Source: an uncultured bacterium
GTDB lineage: Bacteria; Oederibacteriota; Muellerivitia; Muellerivitales; Muellerivitaceae
Assembly: GCA_964525605.1 (NCBI GenBank)
Contig: CAZGKT010000001.1
Coordinates: forward strand, 133,153-197,152
Reading direction: 5' to 3'
DNA: 64,000 bases
The notes beneath the pieces were generated by a model that ran no database searches, was not told the origin of the DNA, and saw only the letters and a program-made list of their open reading frames with translations. How positions within the stretch are numbered: the stretch's first letter is position 1; every line of letters starts with the position of its first letter. The position numbers and the translations under genes were made by a program. Shown here piece by piece: positions 27,801 to 42,141 of this stretch.

Positions 27801-28585
27801 TGGGGCCGCTTCCCTTTTTCTTTGAAGTACCTCAAAGCTTTTTGATTCATTTCACTTGGCACCTCGAATTTTTCTTTAGCCCCTAATAGCATCCGCCCAA
27901 AACACCAGAGACTCAAGGTTAAAACAATGAACCCATCCAAAACCGTGGTTCCGGCTCGGTAATAGGCAATTTTAACTAAAAATTGATTGTCAATACGGAA
28001 TTTGGCCCTGGCCGTGATAAGAGCGATTTCCTGGGCGCAGGAATATTTTATTCCCGTGTAAAAGGAAAGAATAGTCGGTAGGGTTCGAACCTGTAAGAGG
28101 CGAAGCCCCGATTCGACATCCTGATACCTGTGGCCAGAAAGCACTGAGTTTGTGAATGTTAAAAACCTATTTCCCCATATTTTATATCTTGGGTAGACGG
28201 AAAAATCCCTTTTCGTCAAAACCACATCCACTTTTTTCTTCAGCATGTACCGAACTAATTCGGGAATATATTCGGGTTTGTGTTGTCCATCCGCGTCGAG
28301 GGTGACCACGATGTCTGTATTACTCACGATTCCCTGATCGCGCAAGTATAAGACAAACAAAAACCCCTGTTTTAAGGCGCCGGCCATTCCTGAGTTAAGC
28401 TTTAAATCGACTAGAAACAAACTTTGATCTTTTCTAGAGAAAGCACAAAGAATTTCTCGGCTTCCATCGCTCGAGCCGTCATTCACGCAAACCAAATAAT
28501 CCACCCTCGGCCTTAAAAGGTGAAGAACGGAAAGAAGGTGTTTTTCTTCATTGAAAATTGGTAGTACCGCCACGACTTTTGGCAC
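27797..28585 (-). CDS. GT2-family glycosyltransferase (polyprenyl-phosphate sugar synthase, Dpm1-like)
   Basis: 262 aa: 'AVLPIFNEEKHL', 'VCVNDGSSDGSREIL', 'VVTLDADGQHKPEYIPEL' (DxD / D-x-D catalytic signatures). Basic C-terminal tail with a probable TM segment. Confidence 0.8.
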   Translation of the reverse strand: MPKVVAVLPIFNEEKHLLSVLHLLRPRVDYLVCVNDGSSDGSREILCAFSRKDQSLFLVDLKLNSGMAGALKQGFLFVLYLRDQGIVSNTDIVVTLDADGQHKPEYIPELVRYMLKKKVDVVLTKRDFSVYPRYKIWGNRFLTFTNSVLSGHRYQDVESGLRLLQVRTLPTILSFYTGIKYSCAQEIALITARAKFRIDNQFLVKIAYYRAGTTVLDGFIVLTLSLWCFGRMLLGAKEKFEVPSEMNQKALRYFKEKGKRPQ

Positions 28586-28629
28586 AGTGTTCCTCAGAAA
28601 TTAATTAAAAAAATATGACCCAAATAAAA

Positions 28630-28661
28630 AAACCCGAAACCCCAAGGTTTCGGGTTTTTTC
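28630..28661. terminator. bidirectional rho-independent terminator (downstream of korB and of the GT2 promoter side)
   Basis: 'aaaaaacccgaaaccccaaggtttcgggtttttt': 10-bp perfect stem, 4-nt loop, flanking A6/T6. Confidence 0.55.
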
Positions 28662-28671
28662 CCCCCGCCTT

Positions 28672-29655
28672 TTAAAAAAGGAATTCCTCATAAACTTTGC
28701 TCAAATCGGTGGTCGGCAGGTGGCTAGCGTCCTCGTAAGGCACCCGCGCGGGTGAAAACTTTTTCAGCATTGGGACCTGGGCCTGCATCCGTTCCACGTA
28801 GGTAGGCAACTTGATTTCGTAAAATACGCCCACCGGAATCCGATCCCCGTGATAATAGGCCATTTCAAACGCTTTCTTCTGTTTGTCGGTCACTTCATCA
28901 ATATTGGTCGGATCCTTGACCGACCCATCATGTCCCATATCATTGATATTGAAAATTCGCGGGACCTGGTTATTTTCTCCCTCTCCCTTAATTTTCTTGT
29001 TAAACCATTCAGCCGTATGAATGTCGTTAAAGGTTGGGCAAGGTTGAAGAACATCCAGAAGGGCCATGCCCTTATGTTCGATGGCCTTCTTAATCATTTC
29101 TTTGAGATGCTTTCCGTCAAAAGCATAGCTACGGCCAATCCAGGTGTAACCCGCGCTCAAGGCAAGGGCCAACGGTTGGATTGCGTCATTCGTGTTGGGA
29201 AGAGGCAATGACTTGGTCTGTTGGCCCCGTCCCATGGTGGGTGCCGCCTGACCTTTGGTCAGGCCGTAGACTTCATTGGTATAAACGATATAGGCCATAT
29301 CCACATTGCGACGTCCTGCGTGCACAAAATGACCCGCGCCGATACCGTAACCGTCCCCATCTCCTCCTACGGCAATAACTTCCAGGTCTGGATTGGCTAA
29401 TTTGGCGCCAACCGCAAAGGGAAGGACTCTGCCGTGGAGCGTATGCACTCCATGGCAGGACATATAGTTGAATGTCTTCCCTGAGCAACCAATTCCGGCG
29501 AAAACCATCGTTTCCCAAGGCGGAAGAGACAACTCTGCACAAGATTGCTGGATGGCTTGTAGAATTCCAAAGTCACCGCAACCGGGACACCAGTCGTTAT
29601 GCACTTCACTCTTGTAAGCCGCAACGGTTAATGAGGTTTGCAGTTTAGAGACCAT
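28672..29655 (-). CDS. korB: 2-oxoacid:ferredoxin oxidoreductase beta subunit (TPP-binding; KorB/OorB/PorB family)
   Basis: 327 aa: 'DWCPGCGDFGILQAIQQ' N-terminal Cys motif, plus the TPP-binding 'GDGDGYGIG' region typical of OFOR beta subunits. 11-nt overlap with the upstream alpha subunit. Confidence 0.85.
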   Translation of the reverse strand: MVSKLQTSLTVAAYKSEVHNDWCPGCGDFGILQAIQQSCAELSLPPWETMVFAGIGCSGKTFNYMSCHGVHTLHGRVLPFAVGAKLANPDLEVIAVGGDGDGYGIGAGHFVHAGRRNVDMAYIVYTNEVYGLTKGQAAPTMGRGQQTKSLPLPNTNDAIQPLALALSAGYTWIGRSYAFDGKHLKEMIKKAIEHKGMALLDVLQPCPTFNDIHTAEWFNKKIKGEGENNQVPRIFNINDMGHDGSVKDPTNIDEVTDKQKKAFEMAYYHGDRIPVGVFYEIKLPTYVERMQAQVPMLKKFSPARVPYEDASHLPTTDLSKVYEEFLF

Positions 29656-31513
29656 AGGTCAGCACCACCTTTTCGATAGACTGTCCGGAAAGCGCATCCA
29701 TTTCCGGAGTTACCTGATTTTTCACAAGCTTTTCAATTGAATCCAAAATTTCATTCAAAGACATGGGGCGACCGGTGTATTTGACGATCTGAGATTTAAT
29801 GAAAAGACCGGTGCTCATACGGATCAAGTGTCCCAACTGCGTCCCCCAGTTGCTCTCAACGAGAATCAACCGCTTCGCCTTTTTGAGGATTTTTTCGCTC
29901 GCAATCGGAAACGGATGCAACATACGGATATGCAGGCAATTGGCATTGATACCTGCTTTTTTTAGGAGAGGGAGAGCGTCCGCGATCACCCCAAAGGTGG
30001 TTCCCCAACAAACAATCATGACCTCCGCATTTTCATCACCATGCAGGCTGAACTGCCGATCCTCGGGAATCTGTTCCAGCATAAGTTTATATTTTCCCAT
30101 TCTCTTCTCGTGCATTTTCTTTCGAGATTCAGGATTTTCAGTGATGTGGCCATAATCATCGTGCTCATCCCCTGTCATCCAATAGGGACTTCCTTCCTGA
30201 CCGGGATAGGGCCGGGAAGAAATGCCTGATTTTGCATCAGGGCGAAAACGTGGAAACCCCTTGCCATCCGCTATAGCCGCTTCCAATTCCTGGGGAGTCG
30301 CCAACCTTCCCCGGTCTATCGAAAGATGATTTTCCTTAAAGGGCGGAATAGTTTGGAGGCTGTGCGTTAGAAACTTGTCATTCAGAATAATGACTGGAGT
30401 TTGGAATTTGTCCGCATAGTTGAAGGATTCAAACGCCAGGTGAAAATGATCTTCGATCGTGGAAGGTGACATCACAAGACGCGGATATTCTCCATGGCCA
30501 CCATAGACCGAAAACATCAAATCACCTTGCTCATGTCGGGTAGGCAAACCGGTCGAAGGCCCTCCTCGCTGATAATTAAAAACCACAATAGGAACTTCAT
30601 TCATTCCACCCCACCCCAACCCCTCCGCCATCAGACAAAAACCAGGGCCGGAGGTAGCCGTTGAAGCCCTCACTCCAGTCGTCGAGGCACCCAAAGCCAT
30701 TTCCACTGCGGCAATTTCATCTTCGCATTGAACCACGGCGATCCCGAATTCGGGATGACTTTCAAGGTAATAACTCTCATCCGTCGCAGGGCTAATCGGA
30801 TAATAGGATTGGTAACGACAACCGGCTTTCAGTTTTCCCAATGAGTTGGCTTGGGCTCCGTTAATCAACAACCGCTTTGGCATGTTCTTGATGGGTTCTA
30901 AATGGTAGGGGAACTGAGCATGCATTGCTTCCGGCAAGGCATCAACGGCCTCGTAAGCTTTTTTGACTGCAGCCATGTTAAGTGGGATAAACTTGGCCTT
31001 TTTGCCGGAATAAATTCGGGAAAGTGTTTCTTCCATCAGCGAAATGTCCATACGAAGAAGGGCGACCGAAGCTGCGACCGCAATCGTATTTTTAATGATG
31101 GATAATTTAGAATATTCCTCGCCGGTAACTTCCGCTACATGTCGCAAAACCATGTTGAAATCGATGGGGAGTTTAACAACAGAAGATTTAACATTGAGAT
31201 CATCCAAAGTGATTTTGGTGGGATCGTAAATTAGCGCCCCATCATTCACCACCTCATGGGCATGAAGACGAGCTGTTGAGTCCTCAAAGGTCGCCAGAAT
31301 ATGAACATCATCCACATGGCTGTGAATTGGTTTATCAGACACGCGGACCTGAAAATAACTGTGTTTTCCCTTGATGTTAGAATGGTATTCGCGTTTTCCA
31401 AAAATCCATAACCCGGCGGTGGCGCAAGCCTGGGAAAATAGATTGGCGGAAGAATCCACCCCCGTGCCTTGGGGTCCCCCAATCATCCATGACACTTCAT
31501 TGACAACTTTCAT
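29645..31513 (-). CDS. korA: 2-oxoacid:ferredoxin oxidoreductase alpha subunit (fused gamma-like N-domain plus alpha)
   Basis: 622 aa: 'GGPQGTGVDSSANLF' (gamma-like domain start), 'GYPITPATD' -like 'YYPISPATDESYY', and 'GGMNEVPIVVFNYQRGGPSTGLPT' (alpha domain motifs). Confidence 0.85.
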   Translation of the reverse strand: MKVVNEVSWMIGGPQGTGVDSSANLFSQACATAGLWIFGKREYHSNIKGKHSYFQVRVSDKPIHSHVDDVHILATFEDSTARLHAHEVVNDGALIYDPTKITLDDLNVKSSVVKLPIDFNMVLRHVAEVTGEEYSKLSIIKNTIAVAASVALLRMDISLMEETLSRIYSGKKAKFIPLNMAAVKKAYEAVDALPEAMHAQFPYHLEPIKNMPKRLLINGAQANSLGKLKAGCRYQSYYPISPATDESYYLESHPEFGIAVVQCEDEIAAVEMALGASTTGVRASTATSGPGFCLMAEGLGWGGMNEVPIVVFNYQRGGPSTGLPTRHEQGDLMFSVYGGHGEYPRLVMSPSTIEDHFHLAFESFNYADKFQTPVIILNDKFLTHSLQTIPPFKENHLSIDRGRLATPQELEAAIADGKGFPRFRPDAKSGISSRPYPGQEGSPYWMTGDEHDDYGHITENPESRKKMHEKRMGKYKLMLEQIPEDRQFSLHGDENAEVMIVCWGTTFGVIADALPLLKKAGINANCLHIRMLHPFPIASEKILKKAKRLILVESNWGTQLGHLIRMSTGLFIKSQIVKYTGRPMSLNEILDSIEKLVKNQVTPEMDALSGQSIEKVVLTYGL

Positions 31514-31622
31514 TTACGTCTCCCCATTTTGTTAAAATAAAAGATGCTATTTCGTTAATATAGAATCGGGTTATTTAAAAAACAATTCATTTGTCAATAT
31601 TCATTCCCGCTTTTGGATATAA

Positions 31623-31640
31623 CGATAGGAATGCCTATCG
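31623..31640. promoter_or_regulatory. perfect palindrome cgatagg-aatg-cctatcg in the divergent korA / DUF2723 promoter region
   Basis: Seen directly at 31623-31640 within the AT-rich 240-bp divergent intergenic region. A candidate dimeric regulator site. No known family assigned. Confidence 0.2.
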
Positions 31641-31752
31641 ATTTTGTCATTCTTCTTAGGTCCGTGTCATGATAGAGGTCACAAAGTCACAATTTTGTCT
31701 TAATCTGATTAAGATATGCGGTTTCTTTTAAAGATTTCCCAAAGGATAAACG

Positions 31753-33711
31753 GTGGTATTTAAAAGAAACCAGCCCCTCTCCGCAATCACTTTACCCGGT
31801 ACCGTAAACTTAAATTCGTCGCTTCCAGTTAGTCCCCGTCCGGCCAGTTTGTATATAACCCTCGGAGTTAGCCTAGCGGCCTTTTTGATACCATTTATTG
31901 TTTATTTGGTAACCCTCAATCCTGCGCTTTTTAGGAACGACTCACCAGAGGTTGTGGTTGGTTGTGTGGGGCTGGGAATCATCCATGCGCCCGGGTATCC
32001 CCTCTTCATTCTCATCGGAAGGTTGTTCTCGTTATTTCCCATCGGCAACCCGGCCATGACGCTTAACCTCTTTGCGGCCTTCCTGGGCGGCTTCGCCACT
32101 CTTCTGTTCTTTCTTAACGCACGCCTTTTTTTGAACCGTCCCTCATTTTTTGACCTCACCTCCCCATCCCCGACTCATATGGAACTAATCTGCCTATTCT
32201 CCGCTTTAAATTTCGGCCTCTCCCAAACCTTCTGGAGCAACTCACTGGTTTCCAAGGGAGGCATCTATGTTTTGCAAATCGTCCTGGAACTTTCGCTCGT
32301 TCTTACCACCCAAATTTTTCTCGCAAAGGAGAAAAAACCCAAACCCAGTATTTTTTTATTGTTTCTATTTATTTTCGCGTTGGGGTTCTGCAACCACTGG
32401 CCCACCCAAGCGTTTTTGGGGTTTCTCGTGGCGTCGGCAGCATTATTTTCCCGGGCAAATAAACAAAAACTTGATCTCTCCCCAAAGCAAATCATTTTAG
32501 GATTTTCCCAATCGATTTTCGCCCTCAGCCTTTACCTTTATTTACCCATTCGTGCATTTGCAAAACCCATCATCGATTTTGGTGCACCCACGAATCTTTT
32601 TCGCTTTTTGGAAACAATTACGCGAATGAACTATCTAAAGGTGGAAACCCTAGCGACTGCCCCTGTCGGATCCTATCTGTCATTGTTTTATAAAATGGAA
32701 TATATCTCCAACCACACCTTGAGAGAATTCTGTCCGTTTTTCCTGTTTTTCGTTTTGGCGGGAAGTTATTTTCTGTTCAAACGGGACAAACCATTGTGTC
32801 TTTCTGCCGTAGGTTTGATGGCACTCGTGCTTGTTACCAATATTTTTTATCTTCAGGCCACTCCCATTGAATATTGGCATATCGCCGATCATTTACTAAC
32901 AAATAACTGGGTCATCGGATTTTTGGGGTGTATCGGTTTATTTTCTCTCTTTTCCAAAATTAACCGCTTTGGAAAACACCTTCTTTTATTTTGCTTACTC
33001 GCGATGGTTCCTTTGGTGTACCTCAACGGCATCCAGGCCAACAACCAAACCCGGCAATTTCTTTATGTCGGCTACGGTCTTACCGCTCTCAAATCATTGC
33101 CCCTTGACTCCATTTATTTCTCGGAGAATGATTACGATTACTTCTCAGCTCTCTATCTAACGGAAACCCTCCAGTTACGCCCTGACATCCATTTAATTCT
33201 CACGCCTTTTTTAGACAAGGTTTATCAGTTTGATAACGCGTTAGAACGCGTCAAACCTTTATTTGCAAAACAAAGTGATGTGTTCAGCAAAGAACAAGTC
33301 TACAGATGTGTCACGAACACCGATTTTGGCCATCCTCTTTATTGCACTTTTCCGGACGCCTACTTTTCAACCTCTTATTTAGCCTCGCATTCACGATTAG
33401 CCTTTGAGCCACATGACCTTTTGACCCATATCCTCAACCCAAGTGAAAAACCCATTCCAAAAAGTGATTTCTATTTCTTGCGTGACTTTCAGGAACACTA
33501 CCTCGACCCGGAAATATTTAATCCAAACGAGATCAACGGGCTGCTGAAAGAAATTTGCGCTTACCCACTGCTCAATGCAGCTAAATATGAAACAGTATTT
33601 GGAAATACCCAACACCGGGATTGGTATTTCGTCTCGGCCCTCGAACTAATCAGTGAACCAAATTTCTTCAATACTGTCATACGAGAATACAAAAATAAAA
33701 CAACCCGTTAA
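31753..33711 (+). CDS. DUF2723 / TMEM260-like GT-C polytopic membrane protein (putative protein O-mannosyltransferase family)
   Basis: 652 aa. First loop 'RNDSPEVVVGCVGLGIIHAPGYPLFILIGRLF' resembles the conserved 'HPPGYPL' segment of DUF2723 proteins. ~11 TM helices followed by a C-terminal soluble domain. Confidence 0.55.
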   Translation: MVFKRNQPLSAITLPGTVNLNSSLPVSPRPASLYITLGVSLAAFLIPFIVYLVTLNPALFRNDSPEVVVGCVGLGIIHAPGYPLFILIGRLFSLFPIGNPAMTLNLFAAFLGGFATLLFFLNARLFLNRPSFFDLTSPSPTHMELICLFSALNFGLSQTFWSNSLVSKGGIYVLQIVLELSLVLTTQIFLAKEKKPKPSIFLLFLFIFALGFCNHWPTQAFLGFLVASAALFSRANKQKLDLSPKQIILGFSQSIFALSLYLYLPIRAFAKPIIDFGAPTNLFRFLETITRMNYLKVETLATAPVGSYLSLFYKMEYISNHTLREFCPFFLFFVLAGSYFLFKRDKPLCLSAVGLMALVLVTNIFYLQATPIEYWHIADHLLTNNWVIGFLGCIGLFSLFSKINRFGKHLLLFCLLAMVPLVYLNGIQANNQTRQFLYVGYGLTALKSLPLDSIYFSENDYDYFSALYLTETLQLRPDIHLILTPFLDKVYQFDNALERVKPLFAKQSDVFSKEQVYRCVTNTDFGHPLYCTFPDAYFSTSYLASHSRLAFEPHDLLTHILNPSEKPIPKSDFYFLRDFQEHYLDPEIFNPNEINGLLKEICAYPLLNAAKYETVFGNTQHRDWYFVSALELISEPNFFNTVIREYKNKTTR

Positions 33712-33875
33712 TACCTCTCCTCTACTCTTTTATGAATTAATAAACCCTTTGTAAAACGTATTGGCTTGAAAAATGGTGTTCTAGTTAATATTTTTCCTTT
33801 TTTGTTGGGTTGAAGTAATTCACAAATTGATCATTCCTGATTAAATAAACAAACAACACTGTTCAATAAATAAAA

Positions 33876-33906
33876 AACCCAACCTCTCAATTGAAAGGTT
33901 GGGTTC
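33876..33906. terminator. bidirectional terminator hairpin downstream of 5S rRNA (minus) and of the DUF2723 gene (plus)
   Basis: 'aaaaacccaacctctcaattgaaaggttgggttcgtttt': 9-bp stem with A/T runs on both sides. Confidence 0.5.
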
Positions 33907-33914
33907 GTTTTAAA

Positions 33915-34033
<119 letters not shown>

Positions 34034-34129
34034 ACATCGAGATCGTTAACTGTTATTAGCAGTTAAAAAGATTGATTGAAATACTATCCTTGAACCAAAG
34101 TGGATTAGGAATTGCGGTGAAGATGAAAC

Positions 34130-37163
<3,034 letters not shown>

Positions 37164-37370
37164 CATGCTTCTTCGCCACCGCATAAGAATTCACTAATGC
37201 ACTCGGTTCAGCTAATAATAGTATTTCAATCAATTGTCAAAGAACCGCCCCGCTTTTAAAAAGCGGTTCTGGCCATCAGCCAGAAGATACTTTCACTCAA
37301 GAAGTAAAAGCTCCGTGAATTTCTAGCAATAAAAATTCACGCAACCTTCACTCGAAGCCACCACCATTTA

Positions 37371-37446
37371 TGGTGGAGATGACCGGGATCGAACCGGTGA
37401 CCCCCTGCTTGCAAAGCAGGTGCTCTCCCAACTGAGCTACATCCCC
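37371..37446 (-). tRNA. tRNA-Ala (anticodon TGC), in the 16S-23S spacer
   Basis: Revcomp 'GGGGAUGUAGCUCAGUUGGGAGAGCACCUGCUUUGCAAGCAGGGGGUCACCGGUUCGAUCCCGGUCAUCUCCACCA'. Cloverleaf with G3:U70 and a CCA end. Confidence 0.9.
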
Positions 37447-37475
37447 CCGGATCTAACCAGAAGCCCACGCATAGA

Positions 37476-37552
37476 TGGTGGGCCTAACTGGAGTCGAACC
37501 AGTCACCTCGCCCTTATCAGGGGCGCGCTCTAACCAACTGAGCTATAGGCCC
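37476..37552 (-). tRNA. tRNA-Ile (anticodon GAT), in the 16S-23S spacer
   Basis: Revcomp 'GGGCCUAUAGCUCAGUUGGUUAGAGCGCGCCCCUGAUAAGGGCGAGGUGACUGGUUCGACUCCAGUUAGGCCCACCA'. Confidence 0.9.
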
Positions 37553-37712
37553 ATCCCAGTTTGGCGCAGACAGGCAAAAAAATGCCCTCAACTTTAAAAG
37601 AACCGATTCGGTATCGGTCTCTCAAAACTAAATAGTGCTCAACTTGTTTAGGTATCCACTTGGAGTTACGTTAAGGCGCACCCTAAATAGGGTTCCCCTA
37701 ACATGTTCTCCA

Positions 37713-39262
<1,550 letters not shown>

Positions 39263-39578
39263 GAATTTGAGGCTCTAAAAACTCAAACTACTATTGACTA
39301 GCACCCAAACTTATTTCGTAAGCACTATTTAGTTTTCAAAGACCGATCACAGACAAGCATCCATACGATGCTTACCCCACCGGAGACAACAATATTCGCC
39401 GGTGCCGTAAGCACCGCAATCGAAGCCAACTTACATTCGATTGTGTGGGTATCGTATTTAAAAGAACAACTTCACCGCTCACCAGAGGAGCAGGGGCCAC
39501 AAGCCATAGTGGCCGGGGAATGTGTTATACAAAAATAGCTCTTCCCCGTCAACAATATTTTACATAATCTTTAAATAT

Positions 39579-41063
39579 TCAGCCAACACTTAAAGAGGCG
39601 CCAGACGCCTTATATATTGGGCTTTTTTCATTGGAATCGTGGGAAATCCAGCTATTTATAAAATCTTTCGCTTGAAAATATGTCTTTTGAAAATCGTTCC
39701 AGCTATGGATTTTTTTTAATCTTTTAAAAATATAGGTTGGTCTTAAATAAAATTCACGGTATGCGCGAATTCGGGCTTTCTGCAGTTGCTCCGACGATAA
39801 TGTCGGTAAATTCAAAACAGGTTGATTTAACTCATATTTTGAATAATCTTCGGTTGAAATCCATCCATTTTTTTTGCCCATGTCTTCCAATTCCGTTTTG
39901 GGGAAAGGTATGGCGCAATAAAACTGAGCGTAATCAGGGTCCATTTCCTTAACATATTCTATGGTTTTATTAATCGTTTCAATCGTCTCGCCAGGCAATC
40001 CAAAAATGATATGGGTTAGTACTTCGATTCCAGCCATCTTTGTTAAGCGAACCGCGTCTTTAGCCTGTTGGGCGTTTGCTCCTTTTTTCATTTTTTCTAA
40101 GATTTCATCAACGCCCGATTCAACTCCATATGAAACACCTATACATCCCGAGGATTTCATCTCGCCAAGAACTTCTGCATCCACATGATCAACACGGCTA
40201 TTCGCCATCCAACGGATTTTCTTATCCATTCCCCGGCGGTTGATCTCCGCGCATACGTCCAAGACGAATTTTTTACTCTGATTAAACGTATCAGACCACA
40301 TAGTAAAGTTTCGAATATGATGTTTCTCAAGACACTCCTGCATCTCATCGCCTACATTTTCCGCGCTTCGCAATCGTAATTTTTTTCCATAATATTGATG
40401 GGCTGTGCAATAAATACAAGAGTAGGGACATCCCCGGCTGGTGATAATAAGGGTATAGGGTTCATTAATCACGGGAAGGGTGTATCGGGCATTTTCAAGC
40501 AAATGCCGAGCGGCAAAGGGCAAGTCATCTAAATTCTCATTAAAGGGACGATCGTCATTGTTTACGATCGTTCCATCGGTGTTTTTAAACGTAATTCCCA
40601 GGACCTGACCAAGTCCCTTTCCTTTTTCGATCGCATCAACAAGATCTTGGGTTGTCAATTCAGGTTCGCGACGAATCACCGAATCCAAGCCCGAAGCCAT
40701 AAGAACTTCTTCTGGCAAAGATGTGGCGTGATTTCCGATCACTGTGAAATGCGATTTCGTGAGTGGTCGCATCCGGTTGATGACCTCAATATCGCTTGCC
40801 GAGGTCGCGGTTGACATATTAAACAATACAAAACCCGGGTTGAATTCTGTAATAGCCGTCTTTAAGCCTTCCACATCCACATCATTGGCAATACAATCTA
40901 AAATCTTCACATCATGATTTTTGGCTTCTAGGGCTCCCGCTATCATCGGAAGTGAGATGGGGACCATAACATATTGGAAAGAATTGAGTCTTTGTTCGCA
41001 CCTGCCTTCACGGATATATTTCATGCCATTGCAAGTCGGTGGATTCACAATCAAGGTTTTCAA
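39579..41063 (-). CDS. B12-binding-domain radical SAM protein (class B rSAM)
   Basis: 494 aa. N-terminal cobalamin-binding Rossmann-like domain. 'SRGCPYSCIYCTA' CxxxCxxC [4Fe-4S]/SAM motif. TIM-barrel rSAM core. Confidence 0.8.
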   Translation of the reverse strand: MKTLIVNPPTCNGMKYIREGRCEQRLNSFQYVMVPISLPMIAGALEAKNHDVKILDCIANDVDVEGLKTAITEFNPGFVLFNMSTATSASDIEVINRMRPLTKSHFTVIGNHATSLPEEVLMASGLDSVIRREPELTTQDLVDAIEKGKGLGQVLGITFKNTDGTIVNNDDRPFNENLDDLPFAARHLLENARYTLPVINEPYTLIITSRGCPYSCIYCTAHQYYGKKLRLRSAENVGDEMQECLEKHHIRNFTMWSDTFNQSKKFVLDVCAEINRRGMDKKIRWMANSRVDHVDAEVLGEMKSSGCIGVSYGVESGVDEILEKMKKGANAQQAKDAVRLTKMAGIEVLTHIIFGLPGETIETINKTIEYVKEMDPDYAQFYCAIPFPKTELEDMGKKNGWISTEDYSKYELNQPVLNLPTLSSEQLQKARIRAYREFYLRPTYIFKRLKKIHSWNDFQKTYFQAKDFINSWISHDSNEKSPIYKASGASLSVG

Positions 41064-41196
41064 GCGAGTCTCCCCAGAAGCTGTGATGGAATTGAAGAAT
41101 TTAATTTGGATAATTTTGACGGGCAGGTCTAATTGATATTCATTTTCAGGCTACCACCATTTTGGATATTTAGCCATACCGGTACCTTTTATCTCG

Positions 41197-42141
41197 TCAC
41201 CGCAAGGCTTTCCAGCAGGCCACCCTCCAATTTTCGCCAATTTTCTCAAGCTTTTGTGGACTTTCTTTACATCTGTTTTCTACAAGTGGACAACGAGAAG
41301 TAAATGGGCATCTCTGCAATATTTTTGTGGGACTTGGCGGATCCCCATTTAAAAAAATGTGTTTTCCTTCGCTCGCGGCAAGCAATACCTGGGTATAGGG
41401 ATGTCGGGGTTGTTCCAAAACCTTATCAGTCGGTCCCAGTTCAACAATTTTTCCCAAATACATCACCGCCACTCGATCACTTAGATCTCCGACGATTCGC
41501 AAATCATGTGATATGAACAGGTAACCAACTCCCGTCCGTTCGTTTATTTCCTTTAACAAATTCAAAATTGAACTTTGTGTCGTAACATCTAAGCTCGACA
41601 GCGGTTCATCCAAAATGATTAATTTCGGATTCAACGCCAAGACCCGAGCTAGGGCGATTCTTTGCCTTTGTCCACCTGAAAATTGATGCGGATATTTATT
41701 CAAATCTTTGACTGATAATCCCACGCGCTCGATCAAAGTTGTAATTATCCCATCATGGGGCCCAATTTCTTTTTTTCTTTTAACCTTGTGCAAAGCCTCT
41801 TCAAGCATTGATTTAGTTTTTTGGCGTGGATTTAAAGACGCATAGGGATTTTGAAATACCATTTGATAACTCGACCGTAGGAGAGGAACCGAACCATGCC
41901 CCGAGTCGGAAATATCGTTTCCATCCCATTCTACATTTCCTTCTGTGGGGCGGATCAACCCTATAGCGCAGCGCCCCAATGTGCTTTTACCGCATCCCGA
42001 TTCCCCTACGACTCCGAGAATTTCACCCCGTTCAATATCCAATGAGACATCGTTTAAGGCATAAACATAGGTTTCAGGCGCCCCCCAAAATGTTTTTCTG
42101 CCCGTGAATCGATGGCTTACATTTACAAGGGATAAAAGCAA
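41197..42141 (-). CDS. ABC transporter ATP-binding protein, oligopeptide/dipeptide (OppF/DppF-like) type
   Basis: 314 aa: Walker A 'GESGCGKSTL', signature 'FSGGQRQRIALARVL', Walker B 'LIILDEPLSSLD', and the C-terminal oligopeptide-ABC extension with Cys residues. Confidence 0.8.
   Translation of the reverse strand: MLLSLVNVSHRFTGRKTFWGAPETYVYALNDVSLDIERGEILGVVGESGCGKSTLGRCAIGLIRPTEGNVEWDGNDISDSGHGSVPLLRSSYQMVFQNPYASLNPRQKTKSMLEEALHKVKRKKEIGPHDGIITTLIERVGLSVKDLNKYPHQFSGGQRQRIALARVLALNPKLIILDEPLSSLDVTTQSSILNLLKEINERTGVGYLFISHDLRIVGDLSDRVAVMYLGKIVELGPTDKVLEQPRHPYTQVLLAASEGKHIFLNGDPPSPTKILQRCPFTSRCPLVENRCKESPQKLEKIGENWRVACWKALR

Noticed and set aside
28672-31513. korAB as part of the glycosylation locus
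   Set aside because: 2-oxoacid:ferredoxin oxidoreductase is central metabolism. It is separated from the array by a strong bidirectional terminator (28630-28661), so it is probably just a neighbour.
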